This document shows positions 46,985-55,344 of a DNA stretch of 55,344 bases, piece by piece; the stretch's first letter is position 1; every line of letters starts with the position of its first letter. The DNA comes from Gemmatimonadota bacterium. Lineage in GTDB: Bacteria; Latescibacterota; UBA2968; UBA8231. A program made the position numbers and the translations under genes. The stretch is from assembly GCA_038153405.1 (NCBI GenBank), contig JAYOYH010000031.1, forward strand, positions 1 through 55,344. Direction: 5' to 3'. Below the pieces are notes generated by a model, which was not told the DNA's origin, searched no databases, and worked only from the letters and a program-made list of their open reading frames with translations.

Positions 46985-47970
46985 GCAATCCGGTAAAATG
47001 CTGGGTCCTATGGCGATTATAGCAAGGGAAGGCGGCTCTCAGCGCTGAAGACGGTATAGTTAGTGGGTCTATTGCACGCGGTGGTTTTTACACCAAGAAA
47101 CCGAGGATAGTGGCAATGCACAGAACAGTAGCAACGACGACTGAGTTTCAGCGCGCCTGGGATTCGCGCGTGAACTTCCTCATGGCGGGCGAGTGCGTGC
47201 CCTTCTCGTTTGAGTTCTCCTCCACGCGCGACATTGTCGAGCGATTGGTCACCGATGAGCGCACTACGGGTATTACCGGCCAGATGCGGCAGACGGGCGA
47301 CGGTGGCAACGCGATGGATCAGTTTCGCGGCATGTCGTTTGACCAACTGATGGCCACCTCGTTTCAGTTTCGCTTTCCCGATGTGACGCTGCTCGACCGG
47401 CCGGGCGATATTTTCGCGGGCTTTACCGAGGAGGTGTTGGTCCCGTGGAAGCGCTTCTTGCTCGACCACGGTTTTACCTGGGACCGCTGTTACGCACTGG
47501 CTCGGGTCTCCGGTCCGAACACCTGTACCGGCTATCACATGGACCGCTCCAACGTGCTGTTCTGGAACGTGCGCGGCCGCAAAGTATTCCACGGCTTTCG
47601 CGAGCCCGACCGCTGGGTGCCGCTGGAGCGGGCTACCGATAGCAGAAAGGAGCAGGTCATGCCGGAGCATTTGGCACAGGACGACGTGCTCTCGTATGAG
47701 GTCGGCGACGATGCCCTGCTTTGGAACCACCTGCTGACTCCGCACTGGGTCGATGCGCCCGAACTCACCTTTGGCATCAACATTTCGCACGGTGGCTTGC
47801 GCCATAACGGTCGCCTGTGTCGCTACGAGCAGTACCTGTACGACGAGGCCGGTCACAACCCCAACGAAAAATGGCACCCCGAGACCTCGAGCGCTGCGTT
47901 TCGCTAGGCGCAGGTCCTCTATTTGCACGGGAGCCAGCCGCGCCCGATCGACCGGCCGGTAGATCTGTAG
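46933..47970 (+). repeat. Diverged 52-bp direct repeat at 46933-46984 and 47919-47970 (sulfatase 3' end and an orphan copy)
   Basis: 43/52 identical by hand alignment; the copies encode YLHGGPSRPIDRPVDL* and YLHGSQPRPIDRPVDL*. Confidence 0.9.
47110..47907 (+). CDS. JmjC/cupin-like Fe(II)/2OG oxygenase
   Basis: YHMD..N..WNVRGRK..TPHWV gives an HxD..K..H arrangement; GAGGA RBS before the GTG/ATG start. Confidence 0.75.
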   Translation: MAMHRTVATTTEFQRAWDSRVNFLMAGECVPFSFEFSSTRDIVERLVTDERTTGITGQMRQTGDGGNAMDQFRGMSFDQLMATSFQFRFPDVTLLDRPGDIFAGFTEEVLVPWKRFLLDHGFTWDRCYALARVSGPNTCTGYHMDRSNVLFWNVRGRKVFHGFREPDRWVPLERATDSRKEQVMPEHLAQDDVLSYEVGDDALLWNHLLTPHWVDAPELTFGINISHGGLRHNGRLCRYEQYLYDEAGHNPNEKWHPETSSAAFR

Positions 47971-47980
47971 GTCGTCTGCT

Positions 47981-50506
47981 GTGAACGGCACGCAGACCAG
48001 TAGGGCGATCTGTCGCGCTGTGCTCGTTGCAGTGTGTGTGCTGGGATTGGCGCTGCGCGTCGTCGGCTGGGATCGCGGTCAGGTCGGCGAGGCCTTCCAC
48101 AGCTTTCATCCCGATGAAGCGACGCTATTGGGAGCGGGGCTCGAGTTAGACGACCCCCTGCAGCCACCGCTAACGGCGTACGGATTGGTGCCCATCTATC
48201 TTGCCAAAGGTGCGCTGGCCCTAGCGAACGCCGATTTCTCCAACCTTCATACGCTCTATCGAACGGCGCGCACCCTAGCCGTGCTGATTTCTTTGGTCAG
48301 TCTAGTGCTGACGTGGCACCTAGCGCGTCGACACTTGGGCGAGGGGTGGGCACTCCTGCCAACGCTGTGGATGGCCTGTGCGCCGCTCGTCGTCCAACAG
48401 GCGCACTTTTATTTAGTCGACGGCGTATTCACGTGCGTGCTCTTGTTGTTTTTCGTTGCATGGGAGGCTAGCGGGCTAGCCCGCTGGCAGCGCTATGCGC
48501 TGGCGGGCGCGCTGATCGGCATCGCGGGCGCAACGCGTCTCAATGGACTAGTGCTGGGCATAGCGCTACTGACGTGCCACTGTATGCGCGCCGCTTCGTG
48601 GCGCGAGGTTGGTGTGCGGCTCAGGGATAGACACCTGTGGTTGGCCGCGGCGTTGGCCCTAGTGCTGCTCGCTCTAGTGCAGCCCTACCTGCTGTTCAGT
48701 CCCGAACGCCTAGTTGAGGGCAAGACGACGGATGACTTTCTCTATTCGCTGCGCGTGGCGAGCGGAGAAATTGTGCGACCGTGGTCTCTATATGACATGC
48801 ATACACTCCCCTATCTGCACTACTGGACGGATCTGTGGCCACTGAGTATTGGTTGGCCGCTGACAGCGCTCATACTCGCCGGCTTTGCGTGGGCGATGCG
48901 CTTTAGTTGGCGATCGAATGCGGCAATGCTGATGTGGTGTATCCTCTGCTTTTTGAGTATTGGTGGACTGCACACCAAACACGTGCGCTATCTGCTGCCG
49001 CTTTTCCCCCCATTGGCCATTTTTGCAGCGCAGTGGATGGAGTGGCTATGGAGAAAAAATCGCTGGGTTTCCGCTCTAATGGCAGGTATGTGCACCGTGC
49101 ACGTAGCGCTATACGGTCTGGCATTTGCCAATGTATATCGAATAGAAGATAGCCGGATACAGGCAGGTCGCTGGGTCGAAAGGCACATCTCTGAAGGAGC
49201 GTCCATCGGCACAGAGGGCGGGGCGTTTACGATGCGGCCTTTTATACGCGAACCGCGCTATCAGCCCCTTGATTTACGCATAACGACGCTCTTCGTTACG
49301 CCGGACTACCTGAGCTGTGGCGCGGCAGCTTTTTTTCTCTGGGATAGCGTGCAGCCAGTGGACTATATCACCGTCGTTGACGTAAATCGCTACAGCCAAT
49401 ACATGGGGGCACCGGATCGCTACCCCGCGGTGGCGTCCTTCTACAAAAATCTGTGGGAAGGCCAGTTGGGCTTTGCGCCTGTTCAACGCTTTAAAGTCTA
49501 TCCCCAACTCGGTCCGCTGCGCTTTGAGGACGATGGGAGAGAGCCCTCTTTTCTGGCATACGATCATCCAGCCGTGCTCGTATTTCAACGCACAGAAGAT
49601 GTGGGTAAGCGCTGGGCGGCGTGGAGCGATAGTATGAGAAGTAGTCCACGCTGCGTAGACGCGACTCTGCGCAATGTGATGCACCTCTACGAGCGCAGGG
49701 AGTGGCAAGCAGCGAGCGATGCAGTCAATAACTTGCTGGCAAATTACCCAAACTATCTGACAGCGCACTACGTAGCTGCAATGATTGCAAATCGGCTGGG
49801 TGATAGTGAAGGGGAGAAGACTCACGTGCGCGCTTATGCGCAGGGATACCGGAGAGAGGGCGCGTACTTGGTGCCGTGGGCTGCTGCTGCTTCGCTAATG
49901 GATATGGGTGCATCGGGAATGGCCATCTCGATTTTGTGGCACGGTGTGCAAATAGGCGAGTGGGTACCTGTCGGACAACTGCGCAAGATGGGTGCCTCAT
50001 ACGAACTGCTGGCGAACTGGGCTGAGGCGCATGGCTGGGCTAGAGAAGCCGAGGTGATATACCAACAGATGCTTTCACTATACGAACGCCTTGGCGATGA
50101 CACGCTCAGCGCACAGGTGTATGTGCGCTGGGGCATGCTGCTCTACGAGCAGGGTCGCGTGGAGGAGTCGGCGCGCATTTACGCACAGGCATTAGCACTG
50201 GACAAAGAACAGTTGATGGCAGGCATCAACTATGCTCGGTGCCTGTACGAGCTAGGCTATTTGGAAGAAGCAGCGGTGCAGTTTGAAGACGTTTTAGGAA
50301 ACGTTCACGACCCGGTTGCGGCATTTAACGTCGCGCTCGTCTATTTGGAACTCGGGCGAACGGCCGATGCCGAAAGGGCCTATGAGCGGGCAGTGCGCGA
50401 ATACGGTGCAGAGATAGCGCTGCGCATAGGTGCGGTAGAACAACTGCGCGTTGTCGTCGAGCGTTTGGGCCGGGGAGGCCATATTCTGATGCGCCACTGG
50501 CCGTGA
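47981..50506 (+). CDS. GT-C fold (ArnT/PMT-like) membrane glycosyltransferase with C-terminal TPRs
   Basis: FHPDE after TM1, many TM segments, RYLLP, SRIQAGRWV, TPR-like helices at the C-terminus. Confidence 0.82.
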   Translation: MNGTQTSRAICRAVLVAVCVLGLALRVVGWDRGQVGEAFHSFHPDEATLLGAGLELDDPLQPPLTAYGLVPIYLAKGALALANADFSNLHTLYRTARTLAVLISLVSLVLTWHLARRHLGEGWALLPTLWMACAPLVVQQAHFYLVDGVFTCVLLLFFVAWEASGLARWQRYALAGALIGIAGATRLNGLVLGIALLTCHCMRAASWREVGVRLRDRHLWLAAALALVLLALVQPYLLFSPERLVEGKTTDDFLYSLRVASGEIVRPWSLYDMHTLPYLHYWTDLWPLSIGWPLTALILAGFAWAMRFSWRSNAAMLMWCILCFLSIGGLHTKHVRYLLPLFPPLAIFAAQWMEWLWRKNRWVSALMAGMCTVHVALYGLAFANVYRIEDSRIQAGRWVERHISEGASIGTEGGAFTMRPFIREPRYQPLDLRITTLFVTPDYLSCGAAAFFLWDSVQPVDYITVVDVNRYSQYMGAPDRYPAVASFYKNLWEGQLGFAPVQRFKVYPQLGPLRFEDDGREPSFLAYDHPAVLVFQRTEDVGKRWAAWSDSMRSSPRCVDATLRNVMHLYERREWQAASDAVNNLLANYPNYLTAHYVAAMIANRLGDSEGEKTHVRAYAQGYRREGAYLVPWAAAASLMDMGASGMAISILWHGVQIGEWVPVGQLRKMGASYELLANWAEAHGWAREAEVIYQQMLSLYERLGDDTLSAQVYVRWGMLLYEQGRVEESARIYAQALALDKEQLMAGINYARCLYELGYLEEAAVQFEDVLGNVHDPVAAFNVALVYLELGRTADAERAYERAVREYGAEIALRIGAVEQLRVVVERLGRGGHILMRHWP

Positions 50507-50517
50507 GGGGCCGCCGG

Positions 50518-51330
50518 TCAGCTACGGGCTCTATAGCGAGCAGCCCTGTCTCTAAAATTTGCGTGCAGAGGCTGCAGGCGCGCCGGCAGTCCTGCGGCAA
50601 AGGCATCGTCGTCCATCCACGGCAGGGTGTCGTAGATATAGGTGCGCTGGCGGGCGCCGGCGATGTGCCCCATACAGCAGTGAATGGTTTGGCGGCGCGC
50701 GGTGTGGGGATAGACACCGCGGTGTAGCAGGTTGGCGTCGTAGTAGACGCCCTGCCCCGCTTTGAGCTGGACGACGAACTGGCCGGGCATATCGGCCTGT
50801 GGTTCGTCGGTTACAATAGCCCGTTCGCGCGGCATTTTAGCGCGGACGTGGCTGCCTGGAACAATGATTAAGCTGTTGTCGTCGTAGAGGGCTGCATTCC
50901 ACTGCACGCTGAACTTGAGCGCCTGCAGGCGCGCCAATTCATCGGCGGGCTCGAGGTCTTCGCGCACCAGATCGCGGTGCCAGTTAATGGCGTAGTCGCA
51001 TTCGCGCGGGTTGACCAGCATATTGACTAGTTCCAACTGCAATTCCGCCTCTTCGACCTCCAATAGCTCAGCGACGATATCGATCACTACATCGCTGGCC
51101 ATATACTGGGCGAATACGGGCTCGGCTAGATCGGGGTGAAGCAGATGTCCTATGCCCCAAATATCGCCGTCTACCGCACTGCGGCGATGGGTCCATTCGC
51201 CGCTGCGCGCGCGCTCCGTAGCGCGCTGAGCCGCCTGGCGCAGCGGTTCGAGCAAAGGGGGTGGAACGGCTCTGTCAATCAGCACGTAGCCCTCTTGGCG
51301 GTACTGTCGTAATTGGTTGGCATCCAGCAT
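50518..51330 (-). CDS. PhyH family Fe(II)/2OG dioxygenase
   Basis: WHRD, VPGSH, LLHRG..R. Start MLDANQ at 51330. Confidence 0.9.
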   Translation of the reverse strand: MLDANQLRQYRQEGYVLIDRAVPPPLLEPLRQAAQRATERARSGEWTHRRSAVDGDIWGIGHLLHPDLAEPVFAQYMASDVVIDIVAELLEVEEAELQLELVNMLVNPRECDYAINWHRDLVREDLEPADELARLQALKFSVQWNAALYDDNSLIIVPGSHVRAKMPRERAIVTDEPQADMPGQFVVQLKAGQGVYYDANLLHRGVYPHTARRQTIHCCMGHIAGARQRTYIYDTLPWMDDDAFAAGLPARLQPLHANFRDRAARYRARS

Positions 51331-51467
51331 GAGCGGCTTTCCTCGCGTGCGATGTGACAGGCAAAGATAGCGCCGCTGGTGTGCTGCGGGCAATGTGGTC
51401 CGTTCGCTTGACAGTGGGTAGAGAATGGGGTTTCGTTGTACGCTCATCTGCAAACGGAGAAAATCGG

Positions 51468-52313
51468 ATGGCAATTCCCCGCAGGATATTGGGTAAGACG
51501 GGAGTGGAGGTCACGGGCTTGGGTTTGGGCGGTGTATGCTGGAACTTGGCCGATAGCGACCGCGCGGCCGTAGAGGTCGTGCATCGCGCTATCGATGGCG
51601 GCATTACCTACCTCGATACGGCGTCCTCTTATAAGGAGAGCGAGCGCCGTTTGGGCATCGCCCTTAAAGACCGCGACCGCAGCGGGCTGTTTATCGCCTC
51701 CAAATGCCTCAAGCGCTCTGGCGACGAACTCAAACGCGAGATAGAGGACAGTTTTGCGCGGCTCCAGCTAGACGTTATCGACTTGATGCAGGTGCACGCC
51801 ATCGATCAAGAAGAGAGCCTGGACGAGGTGCTGAGACCAGACGGCGCCCTGCGCGTGATAGAGGAATACCGAGCGGCGGGCAAGATCCGCTTTGTCGGGC
51901 TAACCGGTCATACGGCACCGGCGCAGTTTCAGCGCATGGTGGGCGAATACGATTTCGATACGATTCTCAATCCGGCCGGCCCGGTTAACGTGGTGTGGAA
52001 CGATTTTGTCTCCACGAGCATCGCGGCGGCGCGCCAGCGCGGCATGGGCGTAATCGGCATGAAGGTCATGGCCTATGGACAGGTGCCGGCCGTCGATCGG
52101 CACCTGCATCTGCGCTATGCCATGAGCCAAGCCGATGTCGCTATCGTCGGTATGGATACAGTGGAACACGTAGAGGACCACGTGCGCGTAGCGGAAAGCT
52201 ACGCACCGTTAGACGCCGACCAAGAACGCGCGGTCATGGCGCGCACGCTAGAACTCGTGCCAACGGCCAAGAAGGAGTTGTGGTGGTTACCCGAGCAGCG
52301 CGTGGCCTCGTAG
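51468..52313 (+). CDS. Aldo/keto reductase
   Basis: RRILGKTG, YLDTA..Y..SE, IASK, DLMQVH, GKIRFVGLTGH; GGAG RBS. Confidence 0.93.
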   Translation: MAIPRRILGKTGVEVTGLGLGGVCWNLADSDRAAVEVVHRAIDGGITYLDTASSYKESERRLGIALKDRDRSGLFIASKCLKRSGDELKREIEDSFARLQLDVIDLMQVHAIDQEESLDEVLRPDGALRVIEEYRAAGKIRFVGLTGHTAPAQFQRMVGEYDFDTILNPAGPVNVVWNDFVSTSIAAARQRGMGVIGMKVMAYGQVPAVDRHLHLRYAMSQADVAIVGMDTVEHVEDHVRVAESYAPLDADQERAVMARTLELVPTAKKELWWLPEQRVAS

Positions 52314-52355
52314 ACAGAAAGCGCGGCTCTTTCCATCCCTCGCTGGGCCGTGCGC

Positions 52356-53039
52356 TCAGTGGGACGAGCGCATGTAATCGACAATGATATCGACGGCGAC
52401 TTCCGGAGAGACGCGGCCGGTGTTGATCGTCAAGTCGTAGAGCAGCGGGTCGTCCCAGTCGGCTTTGTGCGCATTGCGCAGGTACGCTTTGCGCCAGCCG
52501 TCGTGCTGCTCAGCCAGCTTGTGCGCGTTGTCGCGGTCCATATCGCGCGATCGCATGATTTGCTCTACGCGCTGTTCGAAGGGGGCAACGATTTTGAGGT
52601 GGCAGGCGGCGGGATGGTCGCCGAGAATGACTTGGCTGGCGCGTCCGACAATGACGGCGCGCCCCGTTTGGCCAAAGTCCTGCATAAGCGTCGTGATAAG
52701 CAGCTGATAGGTGCCTCGATCCAGATAGGTCACGCCGCTGCTGTTGTGCTCGCGGACATAGGAAAACTCGAGGCCGAACTCGGGGGCGTAGGCGGCTGCC
52801 GACAGTGGGAATGTGCCCGGCGCCACTTCCGGCACCAAGAGGCGCTTGAGGAAGTGCTTTACGGGACCCTCTCCCTTTTCGTCGTAGCGCTCGACCTCTT
52901 CGGGCGAGGTATCGGTAATTTGGGCGATTTCTTCGACCAGCTTTCGGTCGACGTATTCGTACTGAAGCTTGGCGGCGACTTGCTCGGCGATCCAATCACC
53001 GCGACTGCCTATTTGGCGAGCAACAGTAATAACATTCAT
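52356..53039 (-). CDS. Cytidylate kinase-like family protein
   Basis: VITVARQIGSRG, VIVGR, YDLTINT. Confidence 0.88.
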   Translation of the reverse strand: MNVITVARQIGSRGDWIAEQVAAKLQYEYVDRKLVEEIAQITDTSPEEVERYDEKGEGPVKHFLKRLLVPEVAPGTFPLSAAAYAPEFGLEFSYVREHNSSGVTYLDRGTYQLLITTLMQDFGQTGRAVIVGRASQVILGDHPAACHLKIVAPFEQRVEQIMRSRDMDRDNAHKLAEQHDGWRKAYLRNAHKADWDDPLLYDLTINTGRVSPEVAVDIIVDYMRSSH

Positions 53040-53080
53040 GGGCGCGTCCCGCGAAAGAGTGGGATGTTTTTCGGCTATAG

Positions 53081-53110
53081 ATTATAGGGCGCTAATGTGC
53101 TGTATGTCAA
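53081..53110 (-). promoter_or_regulatory. Consensus sigma70 promoter TTGACA-N18-TATAAT
   Basis: Plus-strand TGTCAA at 53105-53110 and ATTATA at 53081-53086, about 40 bp upstream of the 53039 start. Confidence 0.75.
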
Positions 53111-53146
53111 TGCCAGAGCGAAATTTAGAGTGAAAGGAGCAGCGTC

Positions 53147-53578
53147 GTGTTAGTGGGTATTTCCCCCTTGCTCAGTCCCGAGTTATTGGCCTTGCTGTGC
53201 CGCATGGGCCACGGCGATGAAATCGTCTTGGCCGACGCTCATTTTCCCGGCCACTCCTGCAACGCACAGACGCTGCGCGCCGATGGCCTCAAAATCGCTG
53301 CGCTCTTAGATGCCATATTGCCGCTCTTTGCACTGGATACCTACGTCGACAGCGCGGCCTTTGTCATGGAACCGGTTCCCGGCGACAGCATTGATCCGCA
53401 GATCCGCCAATCCTACGAGGCGATTGTCGCGCGCCACTGGCCCGATGTCGGCCCCGTTGAAGGCATCGAGCGCTTTGCCTTTTACGAGCGGGCGCAGGCC
53501 GCCTTTGCCGTGGTCATGACGGGCGATGTGGCCAAGTACAGCAATATCATACTTAAGAAGGGCGTGACGCCCGTTTAG
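53147..53578 (+). CDS. fucU: L-fucose mutarotase (RbsD/FucU family)
   Basis: MGHGDEIVLADAHFP, ERFAFYE, YSNIILKKGV; AAGGAG RBS. Confidence 0.93.
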   Translation: MLVGISPLLSPELLALLCRMGHGDEIVLADAHFPGHSCNAQTLRADGLKIAALLDAILPLFALDTYVDSAAFVMEPVPGDSIDPQIRQSYEAIVARHWPDVGPVEGIERFAFYERAQAAFAVVMTGDVAKYSNIILKKGVTPV

Positions 53579-53599
53579 TTCCCGCGGTAAGGAGGTGCC

Positions 53600-54748
53600 A
53601 TGAGCGTGCCGATGCGACCGGTGACGAGCGGTCCGCAGGTCCACTGGTTTGGCTATTACGACAAGTGGCAGTTCGACGAGAGCGACCGCTATGTGCTGGG
53701 CATGGAGGCCGATTTCGAGGGCCGCTCGCCGCGGCCCGACGACGAAATCGCTCTCGGCGTAATCGACTTGGGTGACGGCGATCGCTGGAGCGAGATCGGG
53801 CGCACGCGCGCCTGGTGCTGGCAGCAGGGCTGCATGCTGCAGTGGCGCCCTGGGCGCGCGCGCCACGTGGTGTGGAACGAGCGCGAAGGCGATATCTTTG
53901 TCTGCCGCGTCCTCGATCTGGACAGCGGCCGCAGCCGCACGCTGCCGCGTGCCATCTACTCGCTGAGCCCGGATGGACGAACGGGCGTATGTGCCGACTT
54001 TCGCCGCATTCAAGATATGCGTCCGGGCTACGGCTATGCCGGGATACCCGACCCCAATGCCGATGTGCTGGCGCCGGACGACGTCGGTATTTGGCTGCAG
54101 GACCTGGATACGGGGGCGAGCGAGCTGATTGTTTCCGTCGCCCAGATTGCCGCTCTGCCCTATCCGCACGGCGACCTGAGCGCGGCCAAGCACTACTTTA
54201 ACCACCTGCTGTTTAGTCCGGACGGTGCGCGCTTTATCTTCTTGCACCGCTGGCGCTTTGGCGACGGTCCCTTTCACACGCGCATGCTGACGGCTGCGCT
54301 CGATGGGACGGACGTGCGCGTGGTCGATGACTGCGGCAAAACCTCGCACTTTATCTGGCGCGATCCCGCACACATTCTGGCTTGGTCGTGGCACCCTTCA
54401 GCGGGGGATGCGTTCTATCTGTACGGCGACGGCGATGGGCAAGTTGAGCCCGTGGGGCAGGGCTCCATGCGCGTCAACGGCCACTGCACCTATCTGCCCG
54501 GAGGGCGCTGGGTGCTCAACGATACCTATCCACTGGGCGAGGGGCGCACGCAGGAGCTGTATCTCTACGACATCAGAGCCGATCGGCGCATCGAGCTCGG
54601 TGCGCTCTCCGCGCCGACCGAGTATAGCGGCGAGTGGCGCTGCGATCTGCATCCGCGGGCCAATCGCGCCGCCACGCAGGTCATGGTCGATTCGGCGCAC
54701 GCCGGCGGACGCCAGATGTATCTGCTCGACGTGGCGGATATCCATTAG
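53600..54748 (+). CDS. Cytoplasmic TolB-like/oligogalacturonate-lyase-like beta-propeller protein
   Basis: HWFGYYD, WCWQQGCMLQW, NHLLFSPDG, NGHC, RCDLHPR; AAGGAGG RBS. Confidence 0.75.
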   Translation: MSVPMRPVTSGPQVHWFGYYDKWQFDESDRYVLGMEADFEGRSPRPDDEIALGVIDLGDGDRWSEIGRTRAWCWQQGCMLQWRPGRARHVVWNEREGDIFVCRVLDLDSGRSRTLPRAIYSLSPDGRTGVCADFRRIQDMRPGYGYAGIPDPNADVLAPDDVGIWLQDLDTGASELIVSVAQIAALPYPHGDLSAAKHYFNHLLFSPDGARFIFLHRWRFGDGPFHTRMLTAALDGTDVRVVDDCGKTSHFIWRDPAHILAWSWHPSAGDAFYLYGDGDGQVEPVGQGSMRVNGHCTYLPGGRWVLNDTYPLGEGRTQELYLYDIRADRRIELGALSAPTEYSGEWRCDLHPRANRAATQVMVDSAHAGGRQMYLLDVADIH

Positions 54749-54956
54749 ACGATCCCATTTCCGGCAGGGGGATGAGTTGTGCCGGCGTTTAGCGGTTTGC
54801 AGTACGCCTATACTTCCCTGACCGGACTGGAGTACTCGCTGGTGCGCGCTGGGCGAGGTGGGCGGCAGCAGATGGAGCTGTTTCGCTCGCGCCGACGGGC
54901 AGACCTTTGCACACGTAGAGTATTTATGAGGTGAAACCGGCGAAAGGACAGACGCT

Positions 54957-55344
54957 ATGCGCAAGCGCATCATCTGGTTTTGCGGGACGGAGTACGTGGC
55001 GGAAAACCCCAACTCGCTGGTATGGCTGCGCGACGAAATCGGTCTGACGACCATTATGCCAGAGAGCCCGATTTGCCATACGTCGGGTTTTGCCGCCGCG
55101 CCGGAAGTGGCCGCGCGCGGTCCGTTTGAGGACTGGCGCTCGCGCGCCGATCGCTGGCCCAAGGCCAACGACGGCATCTATCCGCCGGTGGCTGGTGTGA
55201 TCGGTGGTTTTGACGACGCGCCTTTACGCCGCGTGCTGGAGGCGGCCGACCGGGCGGGGATTGAGGTGTGGGGTCATATCGGCCTGTGGAGCTACGGCGG
55301 CGACGTCTATCCGGAATGGGCGATGCGCGATATCGACGGCAGCG
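54957..55344 (+). CDS. Hypothetical protein, possibly a glycoside-hydrolase-like TIM barrel (truncated at the window end)
   Basis: Translated by hand. ATG at 54957 follows AAAGGA and the frame is open to the end; LRRVLEAADRAGIEVWGH..PEWAMRDIDG. Confidence 0.65.
   Translation, partial: MRKRIIWFCGTEYVAENPNSLVWLRDEIGLTTIMPESPICHTSGFAAAPEVAARGPFEDWRSRADRWPKANDGIYPPVAGVIGGFDDAPLRRVLEAADRAGIEVWGHIGLWSYGGDVYPEWAMRDIDGS

Noticed and set aside
47905..47907. Pyrrolysine or genome-wide amber recoding
   Set aside because: TAG terminates many conserved genes here at the expected positions (secA, ribH, fucU), and no pyl genes are seen.
47017..47991. 324-aa minus-strand ORF
   Set aside because: Antisense to the JmjC-like gene, which has an RBS and catalytic motifs.
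54920..54955. TTATGAGGTGAAACCGGCGAAAGGAC, superficially hammerhead-like
   Set aside because: It lacks the CUGAUGA core and the required stems; AAAGGA is explained as the RBS.
53306..55177. 362-aa and 259-aa minus-strand ORFs
   Set aside because: Shadows of fucU, the propeller gene and the terminal CDS.
1..55344. tRNA, rRNA, transposase, integrase or prophage genes
   Set aside because: None was recognised; intergenic gaps are short and no tRNA cloverleaf or recombinase motifs were seen by eye. A covariance-model scan would be needed to exclude small ncRNAs.

Overview
A gene-dense, high-GC bacterial chromosome segment with about 52 CDSs. Gene content suggests an FCB-related lineage, most likely Latescibacterota-like (inference from PorV/PorQ-family porins, FlgD/T9SS-CTD-like domains, a sigma70 lacking region 1.1 and two PhyH dioxygenases). 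Housekeeping genes include fmt, yajC, tgt, purC, secA, nusB, ribD/ribE/ribBA/ribH, ftsY and mgsA. Sugar-catabolism genes are scattered (rhaB, fucU, an enolase-family enzyme, a sulfatase, an aldo/keto reductase). Large secreted proteins include an S8 subtilase, a CRTAC1/ASPIC fusion, DUF305-LVIVD, and S55 and S10 peptidases. I found no tRNA, rRNA, CRISPR array or transposase. The most notable observations are: (1) a tightly coupled T9SS-attachment-like operon (PorZ-like propeller+CTD, two PorV/PorQ, an M50 protease, and two paralogous lipoproteins sharing a C-terminal WGxx[K/R] tail); (2) a CTD-like domain inserted inside an N-terminal domain of a 1097-aa protein; (3) a diverged copy of the sulfatase 3' end that brackets a JmjC-like gene; (4) a RibBA whose DHBP-synthase half looks catalytically degenerate; (5) an ECF-type promoter upstream of the sigma70 gene. 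All product calls come from recognising motifs by eye; no database searches were run.
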